Source of the DNA: Paraspadella gotoi
Taxonomy: Eukaryota > Animalia > Chaetognatha
Direction of reading: 5' to 3'
Assembly (NCBI GenBank): GCA_051294375.1
Contig: CM119267.1
Location: forward strand, 16,282,543 to 16,346,542
DNA: 64,000 nucleotides
Shown: positions 25,613 through 37,907 of the stretch, in pieces
Layout of the letters: the number at the start of each line of letters is the position of its first letter
Numbering within the stretch: the stretch's first letter is position 1
The notes under the pieces: generated by a model
The model's input: the letters and a program-made list of their open reading frames with translations, nothing else
The model's database searches: none
What the model was told of the DNA's origin: nothing
Translations under genes and position numbers: made by a program

Positions 25613-26021
25613 CCAAATGTAACGAACTACAGACCGACCCATTCTCTCTTTTCTTTCACCGTCTGGCGAATATGTAGACACACCGGCACACTTTGGCGCT
25701 TTTTCCCGCCACATACTTGCCCCGCAGCGCGCCTCCACGCCCTAAACCAGCAGACCCGGACGCCAAAAACGAAGTAGACGCAAACAGAGCTTGGACGAAG
25801 ACGCAACGGCGATGGATCACCAGGGAGGCGGGGCAAGCGACCAGGGGCCCCCCAATCCATGATGGACACAAGGGGGTGATGCGATGGCCGGACCAAGGTC
25901 GGCCTTAATCGGCGAAACCCAACTCGATTTTCTTCTCCCGATTTTTTCTTTCTTTTTCTAATTCTTTCGTTCTCCTCGAAAAACGAGCGAAGACAAACAA
26001 GGTTGAAAGAGGTTTCGATAC

Positions 26022-26130
<109 letters not shown>

Positions 26131-26734
26131 GAGAGAGGGAAAGATCGGTAAATATGCTTACCTCGTAGGGAGTGCGCTACGAAATCGATTGATAATGAAC
26201 TAATTATTTCCGAGAGGCACGGTAAATGTTGATAAATTATTGAAGGAAACTCTTGTTAACCTTATAAATCCATTTAGGCCAGCCGTTTAATTGAGGAAAA
26301 GGGAAAGTTGTAAAAATAATTACCGGGGCAACCTGATGAACGAAACAGATGCATGAAACTAAACTTTGGTTAAACATTACGAATAACTTTTTTTTGATTC
26401 GTGGACGTTAAATTTTAATTAGTCAAAAAATAGTGCACCTAACAATTGTTAAATAGGCGTGAGATTAATCAAAACACATAGATTCGCTAAACCAGCCATC
26501 TAATCAAAATTATGTCTCAAACCAACGCCTCCCCTTAATCCTTCTACCTTCTTTCTTTCCTATCCCATGAGCCCCGATGCGTGTGTGAAATTGGGCGAAA
26601 TCCGGGAGCCGGGAGCCGGAATGGGGCTCCACTTTCAATCTCATTTCTTCCGTCTCTCCTCCGGCGACGGGTGGCGACCAAACAAAAGTTATTCGCCAGA
26701 ATTTGATTTATTCTTCGTTCCGGCGAGTGGCGCT

Positions 26735-26789
<55 letters not shown>

Positions 26790-27603
26790 GATTCTTCATA
26801 CTCTCCTTATTATACCATCTAGGAAAAAACATATCACATTTTTAGTAGAGGATTTCTACTCAAAAACTTGTTTGATTAAAAAAAAAAATCCAAATGTTTC
26901 CGAAAATCTACATCAAATTTTTTTTCGGTAGCTTCCTTCCATTTTTTTATGGGTCAAATCGTTTAGAAGTTACAGGAAAAAAAAGATCGCTACTTCAAAA
27001 AAAAAAAAAAATAGCCAAAAAATCCTATTTAGTTTTTTACTATTTTTGGTATTTAATTAGTTGTTTTGATTTTAAATAGAGTTAAATAGAGTTAAATTGA
27101 GTTATTTTTTTAATTTTTTTTAAATTTGGCACTGCTAAAGGTATTGCACCTTTTTTAGGTTAAAATAAAGGCCTTTATAGCTCTCAGAAAAGAGGGAAAG
27201 ATATACAACATTAACATCGAGACTGAAAATAATTGTGTTAAATAAGTTAAAAAACATTTTACTGTTATATACCTTAATTCGCTGTACAATAACATGCTCA
27301 AAAGAATACAGTAGTCGATACCAAAAGAAGGTACAGCAAATATTGAGAATCAACAATTATGTGATTTACTTTTTTCCTACATAGTATATGCGCAAAATCA
27401 AGGCAAAATCAAAGCTACTACGTAGTTTCACAACTGGCCGCGAGAGTGCGGTGTGCGGGGCGGGAAAAATGCGGCGCTAAAGGCGTCGAAAGGCGGATTC
27501 TTGCCACTAGAAACGACGCCTTCGCGAAGCAAGAAAACGAAACGTAAACAAACATTCGAGTCGGGGAGAAAATCTAGGTCGAGGGTCGGGATAGGGTAGA
27601 ACT

Positions 27604-27663
<60 letters not shown>

Positions 27664-28023
27664 CCGATGAGAGAATGAGATTAAATAAATGCAACATAAT
27701 AAAATTCAATCAACTACATTCTCTGAGCCTGATTTTGTGTTTCGGTCGAAAGCCATGCCTTTAAATAAACGCGGGATGAAAAGAATAGAGGAACAGACGA
27801 AGGAAAATGAGTAGGAAACGACCTAACAATCGATCCTTAATGAATTCGGCTCTCAGACTCAATCAGAGATCCCCCTCCCATCAGTTTCTCTCGATGTTTC
27901 CGAAAAGAAAGTCCCGACGAGTCGATCCTTTCGTAATTCTCTCTTGTTCTCGTTTCTTTTTTAGGGGTGCGAGAGGTTACTTGTTTTCCTTTCTTTTTTT
28001 TAGTCTCTGTTTTCATCTTTCTG

Positions 28024-28024
<1 letters not shown>

Positions 28025-28107
<83 letters not shown>

Positions 28108-28110
28108 TAT
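28025..28110. repeat. (CTTT)n microsatellite
   Basis: Read directly from the sequence. Confidence 0.9.
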
Positions 28111-28734
28111 TTATTTATTTATGATGACACTTTTTTATTTTTACTTTATTTTATTTTACTCTTATCTTTTTCCTTTAAACAAAAATAACGAAAAGGGAAG
28201 CGAGTTCACAGTCATCTTTACATAATTATGAAGCTCTGAAAACAAATTCGCCGCGTGACCGCAGAGTACGTGCCCTTGAGCCTTGACCTTGACAATCCGA
28301 CGAAACTCGGGTGACCCTCGTGATCCCATAAAAACCGAGGAAAAAGAAGGACTCGGGAGAAATAGGGAATGCGGATGTTGATTGTTGATATAGGAAGGAA
28401 AAATAAACAAACCACTCATTTATATTTTTTATTATGTTAAAAAAATTTATTTTAATTGAAAGAGCTAATATAGGTTGTTCGTGTGCATGGACTCGCTCTC
28501 TACTCAGATGTAAAATTGTGAATTAAAATTAAATTTCACCAAGACTTTAGAAGTATAGAAATTCTTAAAAATACAGCGATTTCTACGTTTGACAATCCTC
28601 TACTGAATCTGATAGATTTCTGTCAATGACGATTTCTCAATTTTCACTCATTGCATTTTTTGCTGCTTTGCCAGCGCGCTGTATCTCTCTCGCCAAATCC
28701 GTTCAGCCATTATCTTCTTTAAATGTTCTCATCC

Positions 28735-28786
<52 letters not shown>

Positions 28787-30898
28787 AACACGCGCCCTTA
28801 GCCTTGGCAGAAAATAGAAAAAGAGAATGAGAGGATTTTTTTTCCGTTTCGGTCCGATGACCGGATGAGGAATCTCTGATTCAGTCGTCAAGGCAACCGG
28901 CTCTTCATAAAGTCATCATAGGAAGTCACGTGACTTTCTAGTCTGTCGGAAGTGAGTGGAGAAAAGAGAATTCACGCTTAACCGAGGAAATCAGGTGGGA
29001 TCAGTTATAAATAGGCTGGAGAAAGCGATCCACATAAAAACAAATGTGGGAGTCCGAGAAAATGGTGAGGTAAAGGAGTCTTACTTTTCCACATCTGGAA
29101 GGAGAGTTCTATCCAACAAAGAGCTGCGGATCCGCGCCATTTTCTTAAATTGCTATGAAACGTTTTCTGAAAGTTTTCATCAGACGTCAAATTGATATTA
29201 ATTTGTTTTTATGAGATGCTAAGGACGATTATCGCAGAGACGAGGGAAAGATAGCGGGTCGGTATTGTACCGGGATAAGAAAATCAATGAGCCACATCAG
29301 ATCATTGTCACTGAGAAAAACTATTCATTGTATGCATTATGCAATATGCAAGGTTTATAATTTAATTATATTCATATCTTTATTAGATCTATATTAGTAT
29401 ATTAAACTATCAATAACAGCAAAAAAACACCGGCAACCAATTTTCGCCAAAGCTGAATCCGCTTCCTTAAAATCCTAGTTTCCACAAACTCAGTTTCGCT
29501 GTTTTGCTTTTTTATCCCCAACGTTCTTTACGACTTTTTTTTTTGCATGAAATATATGAGACGAGCCTTTGTTTTTCCTCAAAAACGCATTTAATTGCCG
29601 TGAAGATAATTGGTTTCCTTTTACTCGTTCAAAACAGAGAGGCGGAAATGAGGGAGGGCGTGGCGGCCTAAATAAGTTTGGATCGTTACTCGATATAAAT
29701 ATATGTTCTCGCAGCACAGAAATAAATAATGACAATGTGGTTCCCTTAAGAATGACGATACATGACGCCGTACACGGGGCCTTTGAATTTTTTTCGCTGA
29801 AGCTTTGAAAAATGGAACTTATGAACATAATATATAAAAACTGTTAATGCTAAATTTTTAATAAGGGTTTCAATTAAGTTATAATTAAAATTATGGAATC
29901 AAACGGTAGGCTTTTCGAAACAAATCTTTATTTTGATATATTTGTATACACTTTTTTGGGAAAAATTTTTTTTCTTTCATTTTCTACACTCAAAATTGGT
30001 GTCGNNNNNNNNNNNNNNNNNNNNNNNNNNNNNNNNNNNNNNNNNNNNNNNNNNNNNNNNNNNNNNNNNNNNNNNNNNNNNNNNNNNNNNNNNNNNNNNN
30101 NNNNNNNNNNNNNNNNNNNNNNNNNNNNNNNNNNNNNNNNNNNNNNNNNNNNNNNNNNNNNNNNNNNNNNNNNNNNNNNNNNNNNNNNNNNNNNNNNNNN
30201 NNNNNNNNNNNNNNNNNNATTTTTTCCGCTTCCCCGTCTCGGCGAATGGTTATTTTTGGTGCCTTGGAAGTTTGAGCCCTTTCTTCCCCCTTCCTCGCAC
30301 GTTCTCCAATTTCCGTTCCTTTTCTCAGTCAATCCGCGAGGCTTATGAAGCGGTTTATCCGCTGTATATATGTCATAATAAAGCAACGAGAAATTTTCTT
30401 ACATCGTTGTAATCGTGTGCCCAGACAAGCTTTTGGTTTTACTATTTAACTGTATAATTAAGTAATGACTTAAACCGTCAGAAGCAACATATACAGTATA
30501 ATTTTTCTCGTTTGCAACATTTCGTGACAGTATATCATAGTATCTATGCAACCGTAAAATTTAAAAAGATAGCGATAGTGATAGTCGGTTTTGAAGGTCT
30601 CGGTTTGGCATTTTATATGATATATAATACAACATATTTGTAATGAGTCTTCTTTATTTAGTGACTGTCTATTAAGAGGAGGTCATATTTGAAACTTCAA
30701 CAATGCAATTTTCCAATTTTTTCTGACGATTCAAAAGTATTTAAAATTAAAGAGAAAATAAATATGAGGTGAAGAGACAGTAATTATTTTTATATGTTAA
30801 TGACAGAACCGTTCAAAATAAGCAGTCCCTGAGCTTCGGATCAGGCTGTAACACCGTGTTACAAGCGGGTTAAGCGCCCCATCCCTCTTAACTGCTAG

Positions 30899-30971
30899 GC
30901 GACCACCGGGCTAGAACTCCGGACCTTTTGGGTTGGGAGGCGAATGACTTGCCTCCGGCACCAATGACCGC
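30899..30971 (-). mobile_element. tRNA-Gly(CCC)-like 73-nt element, probably a tRNA-derived SINE head or tRNA pseudogene
   Basis: Minus strand reads GCGGTCATTGGTGCCGGAGGCAAGTCATTCGCCTCCCAACCCAAAAGGTCCGGAGTTCTAGCCCGGTGGTCGC. GCGGTCA and TGGTCGC pair as an acceptor stem, TCGCCTCCCA resembles the Gly anticodon arm, and the T-arm reads CCGG..GTTCTA..CCGG. The anticodon stem pairs poorly. Confidence 0.5.
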
Positions 30972-32573
30972 TGATGAACGGTTGGTGGATTTTATTCCGC
31001 CATTGAGGTAATGAACGAATGAACATGTAGCGTTTTTTTTCTTCTCTTTAAAATGAAAAAAACAAAGAAGTTAATTCAAATATAAAAATACCACTGACTG
31101 CTAAAAAATTTAAATCAAGAATATTATAAAGTTGTTAAGCATTAGTCATATTATTGTTCAAAGGTTTTAAAGAATAAAAATTTAGCAAACCCAAATAAAT
31201 TTAGATATAAAATTTTAGACATAAAAAGAATGAAAAAAATTTTGAAAAAAAAAAATTACATGCAAATCCAAATTTTAAGTTTTAATTTAATAGAAAGTCA
31301 GTTTAGCCATGAAATTATGGGATGAGGCCATTTTAGAGTTAAGGAAAACGACTTTACTGCTACTGATCTACGACGCTCTCCTAAATCTTAAAATATATAC
31401 ATATAAAATAAATAATTAAATATTCTTAAGTATATTTTAATATATTAATATATCTGAGTATATGTTAGTTAACCGGCGAGTAGGCCTTAAGCTATAAGCT
31501 TCGGCTCTCATAAGTGACATGTGACATGACATAAGTGACATGACAGTAAATAATTATATACTACTTTTGTTCATACTTATTTTTAAATGCTGCGAACTGC
31601 CGAGAGAGTTCACTCGAGCGTAATAGCAGAATCAACAAAAGACCGAATTGCCTTTCGTTATGTCTTATGAATTGAAAAAAACTAAATATTGCCCAATAAG
31701 TTGAAAATTGATCATGAGCAATCACGCTGTGACTTATTATTATTTCAGAATAGCAGTTTAAGATGGAAGAATAGTGATGTATAATAGTTAATAAGAGATT
31801 TTTGTATCTCAAGAAAATCATTAATTTGGAATCCACAAACAAATTTTAAAACGCGTGGCGACGATTTTCAGTCACAGTGTATTCATTTATAAACAAGTTT
31901 AATGTTAAAAATCAGTTTTAAAAAGTATATTCTCAGTGCAACAATTATAAAATATTGATTTTTAATTTAAATATTATTATCTGTAAATTTTGACGTTTAC
32001 TTCGGATGTTCTTTTTTTCTATTGTGTTGTCGCGTCCTCTAACGACCACTTCCTCTCGCTGAATCAACAGGGCCCTGGTCTGGACTCGAATGACAAAGTC
32101 GTCCGGACTTCGCGGGTCTTCGAAAGACGTTAGCTTCTGAGGGATTACGCTTAATGTTTCGTCCCTTGCGTGGAATATCTCGTGCTGGAAACTTGTTACA
32201 ATCGATGGGGTTTGGTACATTTCAACATAAACTGTTGATATTTAGTTTAGTATTTAACAAATCTTAAGACAGGGCGCATTCATTTTTATTCATTTGTAGT
32301 ATCAGAATCAATTTTTTTAAAAAATTAACATGATGTAGCAATATAATAATTTAAATTAGGTTCGGAACATTTTTGCAAAAAAATATTTTAACACAATAAT
32401 GAATGGGTTTATTTAATGCTGTTCCCATTAAAATTTAAATTTGGTCGGCTCGCGCTAATGTAGAAGTTTTGACACTCGCTTTTTTTTAAATAAGGGTTAA
32501 TTGGTTAGATTTTTGGTCGTGATTTAGTTATTTTATTAGCTTAATTGCCATGTAATATCAAATAATGGCTAAA

Positions 32574-32769
32574 TTTTACTTTCGTCGACCACGGTTATGG
32601 CGGCTTTTGAAAAACCATTTAAAAATACTTTTGTAAAAATAAATAAAAAAAAAATTACCTAATTACCCTAACCCTAAACCCTCCTAACCCTAACCACCCC
32701 TAACCCAAAACCACCCCTAAATCCCCCTTATCCCTAACCCCTCGCTAACCCCGGTGGGCGAAAGTAAAA
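32574..32769. mobile_element. Small inverted-repeat (MITE-like) element containing degenerate (CCCTAA)n telomeric-type repeats
   Basis: The left end TTTTACTTTCGTCGACC and right end GGTGGGCGAAAGTAAAA are near-perfect inverted repeats. An internal CCCTAA/CCTAAC array lies at ~32666-32750. Confidence 0.55.
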
Positions 32770-32878
32770 GTAACTTTTTGATTACAAGTTTCACCGAAAC
32801 GCCCACTTCAATTCTCTGCCGGTTATGATTATCTGAATTAATTAATTTTAACAGACGTTAAGAGACGTGCAGGACCAC

Positions 32879-34081
32879 ATGGCGTCTCATCTTTTGCGTA
32901 AGCTTTGTTACGCATCGAAGTCGGTGGGAAAAACGATACCTTCATCGCTGAAGTATCCTCGCCGAACACTCGTCCTTGCGGCTGGTGTTACGACGGCGGG
33001 CGGCATTGCCCTCGTCAATATCGTAAACTGCCATGGCCTCCGCGCCGAGTCCAATCCTTGGGAGCTCTCGACGCGACCATCTCCGGTACCGTCTCGCGTG
33101 ATGGACTATGGATTGGATCTGGGTATGAAGTTGACTCTGTATCAGTATCAGACTTGCCCTTTCTGCTGCAAAGCCCGAGCATTTCTCGACTACTACGGGA
33201 TATCCTACGACGTGGTAGAGGTCAATTCCGTCAAACGCACCGAGCTCAAATGGTCCAAGTATCCCAAGGTTCCGGTACTGATCGTGGAGACGCCTGATGG
33301 AAAGTCCGTTCAGATTAACGACTCTTCGCAAATCGTGTCCGTCATGAAAACTTTCATCGACAACGAGCTTCGCGTTCCCATCGACCAGATTCTCAAGTGT
33401 TACCCTCACTTCGAACAGAAGGACGACGGCTACTTTACCAAAACGACCTTTGACTTCCCCAACAAATACTTCGTGATGTACTTTGACGAAGCTGTGGATA
33501 CCGTTGACGACGGAACGAGGCGTTTGAGAAATCGCGAGAGAAAATGGCGCGCCTGGGTTGACTCGGATTTCGTTCACCGGATCTCTCCCAACATCTATCG
33601 GACGTTTTCCGAATCGTTCCGTTCCTTTACGTACTTTTCTGAGGTGGGAAGGTGGAACGAGATCTTCTCCGCCTTCGACCGCTTCATAGTCGTTTATCTC
33701 GGAGGCTTCGTCATGCGTATGGTCGCCGCGAGTCTCAAACGGAAACACGGGCTGGATGACGACGTGCGCGGCGAACTCTATCGATCCGCTCGTCACTTTC
33801 TCGACCGCGCCTTAAAAAATAGACGCTTTACGGGCGGCGATGAAATTACGCTCGCCGATCTAGCGCTTTACGGCGCTCTCACGTCCTTCGAGGGTTGCGA
33901 TGCTTTTGTCGATTTGACCGAAAATACTAAGATCATGTCTTGGTTCACGGCGATGAAACGCGCCGTGGAAAGCCACGAGGGACAGAAAAGATTGCGGGAA
34001 ATAATGGCGAGTGGAAATGGGACTGAACGGCCAGAAAATCGTCCCTTTCTCGGAGATGGCCATTTGGATCCCCGATTGTAG
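32879..34081 (+). CDS. PTGES2: Prostaglandin E synthase 2 (mPGES-2; glutaredoxin/GST fold), single coding exon
   Basis: LTLYQYQTCPFCCKARAFLDY, YDVVEVN, KVPVL, NDSSQIVS, KWRAWVD..FVHRISPNIYRT and LADLALYG motifs, plus an N-terminal targeting/hydrophobic segment; about 400 aa. Confidence 0.95.
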   Translation: MASHLLRKLCYASKSVGKTIPSSLKYPRRTLVLAAGVTTAGGIALVNIVNCHGLRAESNPWELSTRPSPVPSRVMDYGLDLGMKLTLYQYQTCPFCCKARAFLDYYGISYDVVEVNSVKRTELKWSKYPKVPVLIVETPDGKSVQINDSSQIVSVMKTFIDNELRVPIDQILKCYPHFEQKDDGYFTKTTFDFPNKYFVMYFDEAVDTVDDGTRRLRNRERKWRAWVDSDFVHRISPNIYRTFSESFRSFTYFSEVGRWNEIFSAFDRFIVVYLGGFVMRMVAASLKRKHGLDDDVRGELYRSARHFLDRALKNRRFTGGDEITLADLALYGALTSFEGCDAFVDLTENTKIMSWFTAMKRAVESHEGQKRLREIMASGNGTERPENRPFLGDGHLDPRL

Positions 34082-34560
34082 TGTTTGCTTTTTACTTAAA
34101 AGTATTGTAATACTTCATTAAAAACCAGTTTTCTAGTAGACACCATAGAAAACGAAAGTGTTTTTTTCTCATCGAATTATTTAATAGGGCTATTTGGGTT
34201 TGGCTTCTTTTGATAATTGTTACATTTAACAGTTTTTGCGTTGATTTTTTGTTGGTTGAGAACTGAAATTTCGATATACGTATAAGCCTCTCTCTTCTTC
34301 TAATAAGTCACAACTCCATAGGTAAATGAGACAGACGTTAACTGATTAAGAACTTATTTAGTATTTCTCTTTTAATTAAAAAAAAATCTTTTAAGGTCAA
34401 ACTAGTCTATTTTTTTTAAATATTACGTTAAAATGTAATGTATTTTGGTAAAAGAATTTGTAGACTTACACTTGCTTAATAAAATTGTCATTAAATTTCC
34501 CAAAAGGAAAGTTTGTTCGACTTGTTGGGTTCATTGCATCTGACATGTCTTATAGGGGCA

Positions 34561-37244
34561 ATGGACAAACCACTGTCTGATGAAACGCAGAGTCTATCTG
34601 GAAGTGAGAGTTCAGGATCCAGCAGCGCGAGACCGCGGCGTCTTGGAAGAGGACGAGCCAAGTGTGTGTCAAGTAGGTTTAAATATAACTTAACTTAAAA
34701 CTTCTTGAAAATACAATCTTATTTTTTGTATTATTTTTCAAGGCGAAAATTCGGTTCGTCGACCTGGACAGGAAACTCTTTCAGGGTCAGACAAGATGCC
34801 AGTGACTAAATCTGACTCTGACAGTCGTTTGGGCGAAAATAGCAACACCAACTCCCCATCCAATGATGGCCGTATGAGATCATCCCTTCGCGTCAATGCT
34901 GCCGAATTCGTTCCTCGCTCATTTTCTGTCCGTCCTCCTGCCGGTCCTTCTGTTCCTCCTGTTCTTCCGCCGCCAAATCAACAACAACAACAATGCCCCC
35001 CGTCTTCGTCTTCCTCTTCGGCAGCGCAGCCCCCTACGATGCCGAGACGCCGTCGCGTTTCGTCCAACTCCTATCATTTTAACGAAAATGTGGCTATAGA
35101 GTATCTTGAAGAGACTCTGGAAAAGTTGGTTTTGAATCCCGGAAGCTTCGTGGAACTGGTTGATCCACTTGTTGAAGTCCTCAATGGCTGGGTGGATGAC
35201 AATGAGACGCTTTCCCTTATCGTCGATGTGATCTTTCATAAGGCCGTCTCGGAGCCCAACTTTCATTGGACTGGTGCTAAGCTGTGCGGCCACCTGGCGG
35301 GCCACCTCACTGTCAGTCATGAAGGTGGAAGCAACTTCCGACAGCACCTGCTTAAACGTTGCCATGACGAGCACAAATTGCGAGACTCTTTTATCCGCAC
35401 GACCGAAGGCAACAAGCGACTGCACGGTTTTGCCCTTTTCCTCGCTGAACTCTTTCTGTCAATGGAGGTTAACCCTAGTGGTGCTGGTGTTGCGCAACGC
35501 GTCCACATTCTCAGGGGAGCCTTGGTGCAACTTGTTCAGACACTTTTTACCAAACCGACTGATGACAATCTCAAGACTATCGTCAAAGTTTTGAAACTCG
35601 CCGGTAAGGCAGTTATGTCTAGTTTCTTTCCTAAAGCGTAGAAAAAATAATAAAGTCAAGTCGAATCAAAATTCGAATAGTAGATCATGAACATTTAAAA
35701 AAAAAAATTGCCAATTTTCGCATAGCACATATTTATACATAGTATAATAGAAAATTTCAAATTTTAAAATGGTTGTTTTCTTATTTTTGAAAGCAGATTC
35801 GAATTCCTCAAGAAAAGTTGATAAAAAGAAATATAACTCTTTTAAGAAAATTATTTCATTAAGTGGGTCAAAATACTAAAAAACTATTATAATTAACCTA
35901 TAATTAAATTTTAGTTTAAAAAATATATATTTTTAAACTTTTATTTGCTTTCAAAACTTAGAAAAAACGTTTTTAAAATTGTGACATTTTTTATGGTTAG
36001 TACTATGTATAAATATGGGCTAATGCGAAAATTGAGAAATTAAAAAAAAAATTTTTTATATATCAATGTTCTTTACAATAAGACTGTTCATGATCAACTA
36101 TTCGAATTTTTATCGGCCACTTTCACTAAGCCTTATTCTTTACTTCAGTCTGAAATGTTACTTTTTTTGCTGCATGGAAATGCTGGATTTCTGTTTTGAA
36201 TTGTTTTTATTGTATAAAGACCTCAATACTGTATATTTGAGAAGTGGAGGTTTTCAAAAGACTTTTGGAAAGAAAAATTCGCTCTTTATGTTCTCTTTTT
36301 GAGCTGTGGCTTAATTAATTTTTGCGCTGACGGCTTTTTCATTCAATTTTATCCTATATGATATTACAATAAGTCTTTATTTATTCTCATAATATATGAA
36401 TGTCTAACTTGCGGGAACGGCAAACGGGTTGGGTTTATCTTTTTGCTTCTCTTGGTTGCTCCTGCAGTCATTCTAATTAATGTCACCCAGCATGCTTATT
36501 TCCGATGTGTTATGGCCCAGGGTATTTCTCTTAATTAGGAATTATAGTATAGCTTTATCTTATACTTCAGGCGGTGTTCTGGAAGACTGCGAACGTTCCG
36601 AACGCCGGGATACTATGGCAGTGGATATGGATAACACATTCCAATTGATCAAGGATTGCATCCAGGTGCCTACTTTGAGTGAGAACGTCCGCCTCATGCT
36701 TTATTCTGTGATAGAATTGCGGAGTACGAATTGGGGACGACTCGAAGCGGTTCCGGAGCCGCCGCCGCCACCTCCAGCGTTTGGAACACCAACTACCACC
36801 TCGGCCGTTCCTGGTTACATGGAATCCGGTGGAGGCGCTTTAATCCAGGCCGGTCCAGTTTTCTATGGCAACAATGGCATGCCCATTACTGCTCAGGAAG
36901 CCGGCTACATGTCGGAATTAGACTACATCCAGCAACTTCAGTGGGGTGAAGACTATGCTTCGTTCGCAAGTGGCGCGATGAATGGAAGCAGTGGCGAAAA
37001 TGCCCTATACCGACAGGCACCGGCCCAAAATCAAGGTCGTCCTCTTTTGGGTCAGCCACGATACGAGGGAAATGGCCCTTATGACAACTTTGGAGCCGTG
37101 GGCAACGATATGTGGTCCGCTAATGAAGAAATGACAGATGATATGATCGAAGCCTTTGAACAGTTCATGCTCGAGAACCGAACCAACCCTGGGGCCGGCG
37201 ATTTCGGAAGTGGCAATGGCGAAAGATTTGGTCGTGGACTTTGA
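34561..37244 (+). CDS. PAIP1: Poly(A)-binding protein-interacting protein 1 (PAM2 motif + MIF4G + acidic C-terminus)
   Basis: Phase-compatible exons 34561-34672, 34743-35603 and 36571-37244. PAM2 motif SSLRVNAAEFVPRS; MIF4G-like AVSEPNFHWTGAKLC..L, NFRQHLLKRC, FLAELF and VIELRSTNWG; C-terminal DDMIEAFEQF. Confidence 0.9.
35668..36110. mobile_element. Foldback/MITE-like element with long imperfect terminal inverted repeats in PAIP1 intron 2
   Basis: AAAATTCGAATAGTAGATCATGAACA (35668) pairs with TGTTCATGATCAACTATTCGAATTTT (36085-36110). The inner arms TTTTCGCATAGCACATATTTATACATAGTA and TACTATGTATAAATATGGGCTAATGCGAAAA also pair. Confidence 0.75.
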
Positions 37245-37907
37245 TACCTTTTTTTTTAGCGCTTCATTTAAAAGCCCTAATTTATGTTAATTTTAGACTT
37301 CTTCCCTTGCTCTGCGTTTCGCAATACTAGTTTTTAAAAAGATTTCTTAAAAAATAAAATTTTAATGCAAATGTTCTTCAAAGCAAAAGAAAAGATATTG
37401 AAATTCTATTGCAGCAATGCAATTGATATTTTGGTTTGTCACCCATTAAATCAAGTGACTTAGAGGGTATTGTTACGAATTTAACCAAAATACCATTAAT
37501 TGTATGAAAGCTTTGTGTAAAGCTGTTACTTTTGGGTTATTTTTGTTTGGCTCTTCTGTTGATTAATCAGTTTTAGTATCTTTCAGAAATTCTAAATTAT
37601 ATATTAACAAATTCTGTGATAGAATTTGATTCAAAAAAGTGATCAAGGACCCTGTAACATTAATTTTAGATTTTGTATTTGATGTACATGATCGCCATAC
37701 AACTGTCGCTGAATTTTTTCATATTTGCCTCATGATTTGTCGAAGAAGTGAAATCGCTGATAAACTTGTTTCTAATTAAATTGTTATGTTTTACTTCTCA
37801 CAACAGAATTTTTTTTTTTTAAATTGGATCCCAGCGGAAAAAAAAACATCAAAAACAAAAATCTGTTTTTGTCAATTACGACATTCCGCCATGCTTAAAA
37901 GTCCGAC

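Noticed and set aside
30899-30971. Functional tRNA-Gly gene
   Set aside because: The anticodon stem and D-arm pair poorly and the T-loop is GTTCTAG; kept only as a tRNA-derived element.
32942-33796. 284-aa minus-strand ORF
   Set aside because: Antisense shadow of PTGES2.
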